Assembly: GCA_949299755.1 (NCBI GenBank)
Contig: CASGBA010000010.1
Coordinates: 269-64,268, forward strand
Source of the DNA: an uncultured Treponema sp.
GTDB lineage: Bacteria; Spirochaetota; Spirochaetia; Treponematales; Treponemataceae
Direction: 5' to 3'
DNA: 64,000 bases
Of this stretch, positions 18,967-26,544 are shown piece by piece. A program made the translations under genes and the position numbers. How positions within the stretch are numbered: the first letter of the stretch is position 1; every line of letters starts with the position of its first letter. Under the pieces are notes generated by a model. The model made no database searches and had not been told where the DNA came from. It was given only the letters and a program-made list of their open reading frames with translations.

Positions 18967-20709
18967 ATGATTAATTTGAAAATAAACGGAAAACCTGTGG
19001 CCGTGGAAGAAGGGACAACTGTCCTTCAGGCTGCACGGAAAGCGAATATCGATATCCCTTCGCTTTGCTATAATGATGACCTTCCAGCCTGGGCGTCCTG
19101 CGGAATTTGTATTGTCCGCATGGAGGGAACTGCCCGTATGTTGAGGGCTTGCTGCACCAAAGTGACCGAAGGAATGAGTATTATTACCCATGACCCGGAA
19201 ATCACGAAGGCACGCAGGACAGTCCTTGAGCTTATCCTTTCAAACCATCCCCAGGAATGTTTGTCCTGTACCAGAAACAACAAGTGCGAGCTTCAGAAAC
19301 TTGCGGCCGAATTCGGTCTTACTTCCCAGAGATTTGAAAATTACATCATTGACAGGCCTGTGGACGATTCCAATGGTTCCATTGTGTTTGACAGGAACAA
19401 ATGCATCAGCTGCGGCCGCTGTGTGGAAGTATGCCAGCAGGTACAGAAAGTGAATGCCATAGAATACCAGGGACGGGGCGGAAAAACTGTAATAGGCCCT
19501 GCCGCCCTTGTAGAGCTTGAGGATTCCCCTTGTATCCGTTGCGGTCAGTGTGCCGCCCATTGCCCTGTCGGCGCCATTTACGAGCACAGCGCCTTGGACG
19601 AGGTGCAGGCCGGGCTTTCAAACCCGGATCTTGTCAGTGTGGTTCAAATCGCTCCCGCCGTCCGTGTCGCTTTGGGCGAGGAATTCGGCATGAAGCCGGG
19701 CGACATATCCACGAAGAAGATTTATGCGGCTTTGCGCAGAATCGGTTTCAAGTATATTTTCGACACCAACTGGTCCGCTGACCTTACAATCATGGAAGAG
19801 GGCAATGAGTTTATTTCCCGTTTTGTGAATCACGGAGGGGAAATTCCACTGTTCACGTCCTGCTGCCCTGCCTGGGTTGATTACGCGGAAAAAAACTGCC
19901 ACGACCTTCTGCCCAACCTTTCTTCTGCGAAAAGTCCCCAGCAGATGATGGGCGCTATGATAAAGAATTACTGGGCCGGAAAAATTTCTGTCGCTCCGGA
20001 AAAAATCTTTTCCGTGTCGATTATGCCCTGTACCGCAAAAAAATACGAAAGCAAACGGGATCCGTCGATGCAGTCTTCCGGAACCCAGGATGTTGACCTT
20101 GTCCTTACAACCCGGGAGCTGGCCAAGCTCATCAAAATGTATGGAATCAATTTCAACAATCTGGAGGAAGAGGAAGCGGACAGCCCTCTCGGTCCCTATT
20201 CCGGAGCCGGAACTATTTTCGGCGTAACCGGTGGTGTTATGGAAGCCGCTCTGCGTACTGCCTATGCGGTTATAACCGGCAAGGAACTGGGAAATGTGAA
20301 CTTTATGGAAGCCAGGGGACTTAAAGATGTCAAGGAAGCCAAGATAGACATCAACGGAACAGAGGTTAGGATTGCCATCGTGAACCAGCTCGGTAATGTG
20401 GAACCGGTGCTGGAAAAGGTGCGCCAGGCCAAAGCGGCCGGAGCCGAACCTCCTTATCATTTTATCGAAGTGATGGCCTGCCGCGGCGGTTGTATTGCCG
20501 GAGGCGGGCAGCCCTACGGTGCCACGGATGAAGTGCGTAAAATGCGCATTGACGGACTTTATACCGATGACGAGCGTTCTGTAATCAGATGCTCCCACAA
20601 AAATGAGGCCGTCATACAGGCTTATGATGAATATCTGGGGAAACCCCTCGGTGAGCGTGCCCACCGGCTCCTCCACACCCATTATACTGAACGGGAATTG
20701 TATAAATAG
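18967..20709 (+). CDS. hydA: [FeFe] hydrogenase catalytic subunit (group A, multimeric/bifurcating architecture)
   Basis: N-terminal 2Fe-2S and 4Fe-4S domains. H-cluster motifs FTSCCPAW, MPCTAKKYE and EVMACRGGCIAGGGQP. Confidence 0.92.
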   Translation: MINLKINGKPVAVEEGTTVLQAARKANIDIPSLCYNDDLPAWASCGICIVRMEGTARMLRACCTKVTEGMSIITHDPEITKARRTVLELILSNHPQECLSCTRNNKCELQKLAAEFGLTSQRFENYIIDRPVDDSNGSIVFDRNKCISCGRCVEVCQQVQKVNAIEYQGRGGKTVIGPAALVELEDSPCIRCGQCAAHCPVGAIYEHSALDEVQAGLSNPDLVSVVQIAPAVRVALGEEFGMKPGDISTKKIYAALRRIGFKYIFDTNWSADLTIMEEGNEFISRFVNHGGEIPLFTSCCPAWVDYAEKNCHDLLPNLSSAKSPQQMMGAMIKNYWAGKISVAPEKIFSVSIMPCTAKKYESKRDPSMQSSGTQDVDLVLTTRELAKLIKMYGINFNNLEEEEADSPLGPYSGAGTIFGVTGGVMEAALRTAYAVITGKELGNVNFMEARGLKDVKEAKIDINGTEVRIAIVNQLGNVEPVLEKVRQAKAAGAEPPYHFIEVMACRGGCIAGGGQPYGATDEVRKMRIDGLYTDDERSVIRCSHKNEAVIQAYDEYLGKPLGERAHRLLHTHYTERELYK

Positions 20710-20730
20710 GGTTGAGTGAAATTTGAAAAA

Positions 20731-20765
20731 GCCTGAATTCCGTAAGGGATTCAGGCTTTTTTTTG
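20731..20765 (+). terminator. Rho-independent terminator of the hydrogenase operon
   Basis: GCCTGAAT (20731-20738) pairs with ATTCAGGC (20749-20756), followed by T8 (20757-20764). Confidence 0.8.
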
Positions 20766-20860
20766 ATAAAAAATAAAAAAAAATCCTTGCTGTGTCATTC
20801 TTTGATACAGCCCCTCTTGTAAAATTGAAAAAGAAAAAGGGTTTTACAGGAGGTTTTCTT

Positions 20861-21892
20861 ATGAGTGGAAAAGAAACTGATTTCAATATCGCGGTCATTG
20901 CCCGCCCATTGAATTCAAAAGCCGGAACAGGGAACCGGGTTTGGGCTTTCAGGAAAAGCATGACTGGACAACTAGATTACGCAGGCGTGGCGGATTCTTC
21001 CCTGTCCTTTGAAGGATGGCAGATTCTTGAAGGGAGTCCCTTTTATTCCCCGTCTTACTACACCTATTTATGCCCCGGCCTGGCGTGCGGCTTTGAAACA
21101 GTCCTGTCTCCGGAATGTGTTCTGGACAACGCCGGAATGTTTTCCTATCTTACGCACATCGGTCCGCTTCTGGTGGCGGTTGACGAGGGGGACGGGCTTT
21201 TGGCGGCGGAAATTTTTTCACGGCGGCAGGAGATATTCATGCGGTATCCTTCACTGACACTTTTTCTTATAAAGAAGGTGGCCGCCGCCGGGCTTTTTGC
21301 CTGGCTTTACGGACGCTTTGAGGAGAATACTGAATTCCCTGCTTTTTATAAGTCCGGGGCGATGTTTGACTTGTCCTGTTCCGATACAGCCTGTGTGTTT
21401 TTTGAGGCGGCAAGGAAAGATTTATCCCCGGAACCCCAAAAGGAAAGTGTGGAGGAAATGTTCATCCGGTATTTCAAAAGCCAAAAAGAGGTTACGCTCA
21501 CACTGGGACTTGTGGGACAAAAATACCGGGATTGGAATGATGGCCTCGATTATCTGGATTCAGTAATCCAAATGCAGGTCGGTAACGATTTCCTCACTTC
21601 GGGCACAAGGGTAAAGGAAGCTAAACAGGAATTCTTCGGCTCCCTTTCGGCTGTTGCCCAGGCTGAACCGTCGAACAAATATGACCCCAACGCCATAGAG
21701 GTTTTTGTTGATGACATTGAGGCCAAACTGGTCGGTAATTCCGGTAAGGTAAAGGCCGGATACCTGAGGGCTACCGGAGCCGCCATAATAAGGACGGCAA
21801 GACCTTCCCGGTTCAATTACAACGCCAGGCTTGTCCGTATCGGGAACAAACAGGAAGGGCGCTGCGGAATCGTGATTAAAATCACTGTGTAA
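20861..21892 (+). CDS. Hypothetical protein with a C-terminal HIRAN domain and an unassigned ~225-aa N-terminal region
   Basis: AGGAGG at 20848-20853, 7 nt before ATG 20861. C-terminal GLVGQKYRDW...AEPSNKYDPNAIEVFVDD...KAGYLRATGAAII matches the HIRAN signature. The ORF track begins at 20792. Confidence 0.6.
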   Translation: MSGKETDFNIAVIARPLNSKAGTGNRVWAFRKSMTGQLDYAGVADSSLSFEGWQILEGSPFYSPSYYTYLCPGLACGFETVLSPECVLDNAGMFSYLTHIGPLLVAVDEGDGLLAAEIFSRRQEIFMRYPSLTLFLIKKVAAAGLFAWLYGRFEENTEFPAFYKSGAMFDLSCSDTACVFFEAARKDLSPEPQKESVEEMFIRYFKSQKEVTLTLGLVGQKYRDWNDGLDYLDSVIQMQVGNDFLTSGTRVKEAKQEFFGSLSAVAQAEPSNKYDPNAIEVFVDDIEAKLVGNSGKVKAGYLRATGAAIIRTARPSRFNYNARLVRIGNKQEGRCGIVIKITV

Positions 21893-22940
21893 GCGGCTTC
21901 CCTTCATTGTAAACGGCGAGAATGCTTTCCGCCTTGGATTTTATATGTTCAACGAGTTCCCCGGGATTGAGCACTTTTACCAGGGGCCCGAAACTTAAAA
22001 TCCAGGCGGTGCTTTCCAGAACCTGGTTCGTTTCAAAAGTAAGTAGGATTGAGCCGTCTTTCTTTTGTTTTATAACCTGCGTTTCGTGCCATTTATGTTC
22101 CCGGATATAACGGGACAGACAGGGTGAAAACAGAAGCTCCACCTTTTCCTTCCCGCGGTTGTTGTTCCATACTCCGAAAGCTGTGTCAAAATACAACCGC
22201 GGGTTGAAATCCTCCGGAATGGAGTAATAGTCTTTTTCTATTTTCGGTTTGGATATTCTCGAAAAGGAGAAAGTCCTTATTTCGTTATGTTTGTGACAAA
22301 AGGCAATCATGTACCAGTTTCCCCGGTGGCAGACGACATGGTAGGGCAGGGCGCTCCGTCTTTCCTGGTTGGCCGCCGCCGGATTCCCGCTGCCGGACAG
22401 GTACAGGAAACTTATGCGTCTCCTGGCTTTCAGGGCTTTAAGGATGCGGGTGAAAACTTCCGTGTCTATCGCCGGCAGCGGGTCGCTTATAAGGGAGATG
22501 TCGCTCCCCAGTACCGTTGTGTCAACGCTTATGTTGTCCGGCAACATGGCTATGATTTTGTCAAACACTGCGCGCATTGTTTTTTCTATAGGTGTGTTCT
22601 TGTACTGCTTCAGGAGGGGATACACGGTGGAAATTGTGAAAAGCTCGCCTTCCGTTAAATCTATTTTTTGCAGGCAGAAAGTTTTATCCGTATAGTAATA
22701 GCCATTTTTAGCCTGGTCAAATTCAATCGGCGCATTGTAGAAAATCCTGAGAAAATCTATGTCCCTGCATACGGTGGAACGGGAAATTTCAAAATGTCTG
22801 GCGATGTCCGTGGCATTGGGGAAATTCCCTTCCCGGATAAGCTTGTCTATTTCCAGAATCCGCCATGTTTTAATTTTATTTTCCCGGAGGTTCTCCATTC
22901 GTCCAGTATAAGCCGGTTTTATGTTTTTTTCCATAAACAA
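21882..22940 (-). CDS. HTH-WYL-WCX transcriptional regulator (YafY/PafBC-like)
   Basis: N-terminal wHTH (ATDIARHFEISRSTVCRDIDFL). WYL domain (RISFLY...LPYHVVCHRGNWYMIAFCHKHNEIRTFSFSRI). C-terminal extension. The 3' end overlaps the HIRAN gene by 11 nt. Confidence 0.8.
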   Translation of the reverse strand: MFMEKNIKPAYTGRMENLRENKIKTWRILEIDKLIREGNFPNATDIARHFEISRSTVCRDIDFLRIFYNAPIEFDQAKNGYYYTDKTFCLQKIDLTEGELFTISTVYPLLKQYKNTPIEKTMRAVFDKIIAMLPDNISVDTTVLGSDISLISDPLPAIDTEVFTRILKALKARRRISFLYLSGSGNPAAANQERRSALPYHVVCHRGNWYMIAFCHKHNEIRTFSFSRISKPKIEKDYYSIPEDFNPRLYFDTAFGVWNNNRGKEKVELLFSPCLSRYIREHKWHETQVIKQKKDGSILLTFETNQVLESTAWILSFGPLVKVLNPGELVEHIKSKAESILAVYNEGKPLTQ

Positions 22941-23019
22941 ATAAACTTTGGTGCCATGTATGTGTTATAATGGGGAACAGGTTTTTGGATTTTTATGGAT
23001 TTTAATATGGAGGAGAAAA

Positions 23020-23427
23020 ATGAATCCGCTTGGAATAAAAGATGTTTACGATTTTTTGAAAAAATGCGGGACTTATTATCTTGCTACTTGCGACAACGGT
23101 AAACCACGGGTAAGACCCTTTGGTACTGTTGATCTTTTTAACGGTAATCTTTACATACAGACAGGAAAGATAAAGGCCGTGTCAAAGCAAATGCACGAAA
23201 ATCCGTGGATTGAAATTTGTGCCTTTGACGGTTCCATGTGGCTCCGGTTGGCTTGTGAAGTTTTGGAAGACGATAACATACGGGCCAGAGAGCATATGCT
23301 GGACCAATATCCGGAGTTAAAGGCAATGTACAAGGCTGATGACGGTAACACGGAGGTTTTCTGCCTGAAAAATGCCTCGGGTGCTTTTTACTCTTTTTCC
23401 GGGGAACCAAAACCGGTGGAATTTTAA
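23020..23427 (+). CDS. Pyridoxamine 5'-phosphate oxidase-like FMN-binding split-barrel protein
   Basis: GGAGGAG RBS at 23009-23015. YYLATCDNGKPRVRPFGTV...LYIQTGKIKAVSKQMHENPWIEICAF is typical of the PNPOx-like family. Confidence 0.75.
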   Translation: MNPLGIKDVYDFLKKCGTYYLATCDNGKPRVRPFGTVDLFNGNLYIQTGKIKAVSKQMHENPWIEICAFDGSMWLRLACEVLEDDNIRAREHMLDQYPELKAMYKADDGNTEVFCLKNASGAFYSFSGEPKPVEF

Positions 23428-23882
23428 GCGTTCCGGCTGTATATTATATTTTTACAGATTTTAAGGTATTCCTGCTCTGCTTCTTCCATGGGGAGGATGT
23501 AATATTCGGTTGTTTCACCTAAATCCGTTTCTTTGGGATCCAGATAAAATTTTTCCTTTTTTCCGTAATCAAAAAGGAAATCAATATAATCATCATTCAG
23601 GAAAAGACTTATTTCTTTAACATAGTCAATTTCCTGTTCCTTTTTTCCAGTTTCCCCGTTGCGTATTATGGAGATACATACTTTGGAACTAAGGTTGGAA
23701 ACATGGAGCATGGTGCGGTTCAAGCCGCTTTCCTTTTCATCTGAAAAAACCAGACTTATTCCCAGACAATCCCTGCACCGCAGGAGGGTGATACTGCCAT
23801 CCGTCATAACCCTTATGATGGACTGGCCGCCCAAGGTTAATACGTCTTTTTTTGAAATATTTTCCGGCATGTGCCCTCTCAA
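23424..23882 (-). CDS. Hypothetical protein (152 aa; alternative start at 23870)
   Basis: ORF divergent from the XRE gene across an AT-rich 150-nt region. No assignable domain. Confidence 0.5.
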   Translation of the reverse strand: MRGHMPENISKKDVLTLGGQSIIRVMTDGSITLLRCRDCLGISLVFSDEKESGLNRTMLHVSNLSSKVCISIIRNGETGKKEQEIDYVKEISLFLNDDYIDFLFDYGKKEKFYLDPKETDLGETTEYYILPMEEAEQEYLKICKNIIYSRNA

Positions 23883-23932
23883 TTATTAGGTTAAAAACAA
23901 GTTTTTCTGTATTTTTTAATATTTTCTGTGTT

Positions 23933-24004
23933 TTAGATAATACGATTATATACTTAAACTCAATATTTGCAATATTTATCTAGTATTTTGTTTATTAGAT
24001 AATA
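23933..24004. promoter_or_regulatory. Operator-like repeats in the divergent promoter region (TTAGATAATA twice, plus inverted TTATCTA)
   Basis: TTAGATAATA at 23933-23942 and 23995-24004. Inverted core TTATCTA at 23976-23982. Confidence 0.3.
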
Positions 24005-24037
24005 ACAAGCCGATTTAAATTGAAAGAAAATACACCT

Positions 24038-24358
24038 ATGGGAACAAGGCACGTTTTTATTCAAAATTTAAAGTACTATAGGAAAAAAGCAGGGTTTACC
24101 CAGGAAAAACTTGCGGAAGCGATAGGGATGAGCACATCATATATCGGGGATATGGAGGCAAGGGAACGGTTCCCTTCCGCTGAAACCATAGATAAAATAG
24201 CGGATGCCCTTAATATTAAAATTTCCATTTTGTTTGATGATACTGCTTGTCCCGAAAATATTAAGTTTTCTTTCCGCCGAACTTACGGTAAAACCCTCCA
24301 GCAGGAACTTTCAAAAAGAATTTTGAAGGATATTGAAGAAGTGTGTAGCTTAATGTAA
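24038..24358 (+). CDS. XRE-family helix-turn-helix transcriptional regulator
   Basis: IQNLKYYRKKAGFTQEKLAEAIGMSTSYIGDMEARERFPSAETIDKIADALNI is a canonical Cro/C1-type HTH. ATG 24038 is preferred over TTG 24020. Confidence 0.8.
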   Translation: MGTRHVFIQNLKYYRKKAGFTQEKLAEAIGMSTSYIGDMEARERFPSAETIDKIADALNIKISILFDDTACPENIKFSFRRTYGKTLQQELSKRILKDIEEVCSLM

Positions 24359-24404
24359 ACGGAAGATTTCAGTGGGGGTAAATTTATCCCGGAAATGATT
24401 CTCG

Positions 24405-24433
24405 TTGATAATTCCGAAAATCCGGTTTATAAT
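24405..24433 (+). promoter_or_regulatory. Strong sigma70-type promoter in front of the CBS/GHKL gene
   Basis: TTGATA (24405-24410), 17 nt, then TATAAT (24428-24433). The ATG at 24440 lies about 7 nt after the -10. Either the transcript is leaderless or the real start is ATG 24485. Confidence 0.55.
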
Positions 24434-24439
24434 AATTGA

Positions 24440-25396
24440 ATGCTGACAATTCCGATTAATCAGGATAATTCCCCAGAAGCTGTAATGCAGATTCTTTTCA
24501 AGTTGAAAGTGAAGGATGTTATGACCCATCCTATCCTTACTGCAAGCCCTTCCGATTCCCTGCGTCACATACAGCAGGTGATGAAGAAAAACCGGATAAC
24601 CGGTATTCCTATTACAGGAGAAAACCGGGAACTTATCGGTATAGTTTCAGTGGAAGACATTATGAATGCCCTGGATGGTGGCTGGATTGAAGACCCGGCT
24701 GCCCTCCATATGACAACTCAGGTTATGGTTTTGCAGGAAACCATGCCCATATCCTTCTGTGTCTCCTATTTCAATAAATATTCCTTTGGACGTTTCCCTG
24801 TCCTCGACAGGGATTCCAAAGTGACCGGAATCGTAACCGCCTCCGATGTTATTTCAACCCTTCTTGTTGCCCTCAATCGGGAGGTGGCCCGGATAGAGGA
24901 GTCCATCGGTTCTTATAATGAAGAAGGGGAGACTCCGGAGGAACAGGCATCCGCTGATGAAGGCGGACGCCGTGTCATCGAATTCAAGACCGAGCCCTTT
25001 AACTTTGAGCTTGCGGGACAGGCTTCCACAGAAATAAAGAAAATCCTCCGCGGTTCCGGTGTAAGCGCGGAGGTGACCCGCCGGATCGGCATCGCCAGTT
25101 ATGAGCTGGAAATCAACCAGGTTGTGCACTCGGAGGGTGGTGTAATGCGTTATATCATAACCCCCGATTTGCTGGTGATTGAAGCCCAGGACATAGGCCC
25201 GGGGATTCCCGATGTGTCAAAGGCAATGACGGAAGGTTTTTCCACTGCCAGCGAGAAAGTCCGGGCCCTGGGATTCGGAGCCGGCATGGGTTTGCCGAAC
25301 ACAAAACGGGTTTCCGATTCTTTTGAAATTTCTTCCGATGAATCCACCGGAACCATTGTGCGCGCTTCTTTCAATTTGATGCATACTCCAGAGTGA
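24440..25396 (+). CDS. CBS-pair domain protein fused to a GHKL-type (RsbW/SpoIIAB-like) serine kinase/ATPase domain
   Basis: Two CBS repeats (VKDVMTHPILT...ITGIPIT; VSVEDIMNAL...FPVLD...TGIVTASDV). C-terminal HATPase-like segment (ASYELEINQVVHS...AQDIGPGIPD...GFGAGMGLPN). Confidence 0.8.
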   Translation: MLTIPINQDNSPEAVMQILFKLKVKDVMTHPILTASPSDSLRHIQQVMKKNRITGIPITGENRELIGIVSVEDIMNALDGGWIEDPAALHMTTQVMVLQETMPISFCVSYFNKYSFGRFPVLDRDSKVTGIVTASDVISTLLVALNREVARIEESIGSYNEEGETPEEQASADEGGRRVIEFKTEPFNFELAGQASTEIKKILRGSGVSAEVTRRIGIASYELEINQVVHSEGGVMRYIITPDLLVIEAQDIGPGIPDVSKAMTEGFSTASEKVRALGFGAGMGLPNTKRVSDSFEISSDESTGTIVRASFNLMHTPE

Positions 25397-25416
25397 CGGG
25401 AAGGGGAGGTTCCGGT

Positions 25417-25758
25417 ATGAAAACATCCGAGCTTGCGGCTTTTTTGGGTGCGGAATGTGTCCAGCCTGAATATGACGATAAAGAAATTGCCGGCGGATAC
25501 ACTTCGGATTTGTTAAGCGATGCCATGGGCCACGCTGTTGATGAGGGTGTGCTGATAACAGTTCAAGCCCATAAAAACACTGTGGCTGTGGCAACCCTGA
25601 AAGACTTGGCGGCCGTAATAATTTGCGGCGGAAGGCCTGTCCCCGATGACATGATACAGGCTGCACGGAATGAACGTATTGCGGTTTTTGTTACTCCGGA
25701 AAACCAATTCACCGTTTCCGGAAAACTTTATCCGCTTTTGACCAAGACCGGAGGGTGA
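25417..25758 (+). CDS. DRTGG domain protein
   Basis: GGGGAGG RBS at 25403-25409. GGYTSDLLSDAMGHA...VLITVQAHKNTVAVATL is typical of DRTGG domains. Confidence 0.8.
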   Translation: MKTSELAAFLGAECVQPEYDDKEIAGGYTSDLLSDAMGHAVDEGVLITVQAHKNTVAVATLKDLAAVIICGGRPVPDDMIQAARNERIAVFVTPENQFTVSGKLYPLLTKTGG

Positions 25759-25782
25759 CCGGATCTGTCGGCTTTTATACGG

Positions 25783-26508
25783 ATGATTTACCGTTCGGAT
25801 TTGCATATACATTCCTGCCTTTCTCCCTGTGGCAGCCTTGAGCTTTCACCATCGGAAATAGTCCGTTTACTGGTTTCCCGTGGAGTAGAGCTTGCCGCCC
25901 TGACTGACCATAATTCAGCCCTTAATTGCCCGGCCTTTGCTTCCGCCTGTAAGAAATACGGGGTAACAGCTCTTTTCGGGATGGAAGTTCAAACCCAGGA
26001 AGAATGCCATATACTCTGTCTTTTCAACAATGTTGATTCCGCCTTGGAATTATCCGGGGAAATTTACAGCCAGCTTCCCCCGGTTATGAATAATCCGGAA
26101 AAAACCGGGGATCAGGTTTATGTGGATGAAGATGACAATATTCTGGGCGAAGTTGAAAAGTATTTGATAACCGGTGCCGCCCTGGATATTTACGGACTGG
26201 CGGACATTGTGCACAATATGGGAGGGGTCGTGATTCCCGCCCATGCGGAAAGACCGGCTTTTTCCCTCACAAGCCAGCTAGGTTTTATCCCTGACGGACC
26301 TTGGGATGCCCTGGAGGTAGTGCGCATTCCCCCTGCGGTTGATACGGGGGGATTCCCGCTTACGGTGTCCAGCGATGCCCATTACCCGGAGCATATTGCC
26401 CGGCGGGTTTTTGACCTTGATACCGGAGATGAAAACCTTCTGGAAGCGGACGGCTCCGTCAATATGGAAGTGTTCAAAAGAGCGCTGAAACGCCGTCCTA
26501 CGGGCTGA
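25783..26508 (+). CDS. PHP-domain (polymerase/histidinol phosphatase-like) metal-dependent phosphoesterase
   Basis: SDLHIHSCLSPCG N-terminal motif, then LTDHNS, IPAHAERP and SSDAH. Confidence 0.8.
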   Translation: MIYRSDLHIHSCLSPCGSLELSPSEIVRLLVSRGVELAALTDHNSALNCPAFASACKKYGVTALFGMEVQTQEECHILCLFNNVDSALELSGEIYSQLPPVMNNPEKTGDQVYVDEDDNILGEVEKYLITGAALDIYGLADIVHNMGGVVIPAHAERPAFSLTSQLGFIPDGPWDALEVVRIPPAVDTGGFPLTVSSDAHYPEHIARRVFDLDTGDENLLEADGSVNMEVFKRALKRRPTG

Positions 26509-26544
26509 AGGATTTTATTTTTCCGGCCTGTTTTGCGTATAACT

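Noticed and set aside
19618-20961. 447-aa ORF antisense to hydA
   Set aside because: It lies entirely opposite a gene with unmistakable H-cluster motifs. Its translation is low-complexity (R/G/F/H-rich) with no motifs. It is a typical shadow ORF.
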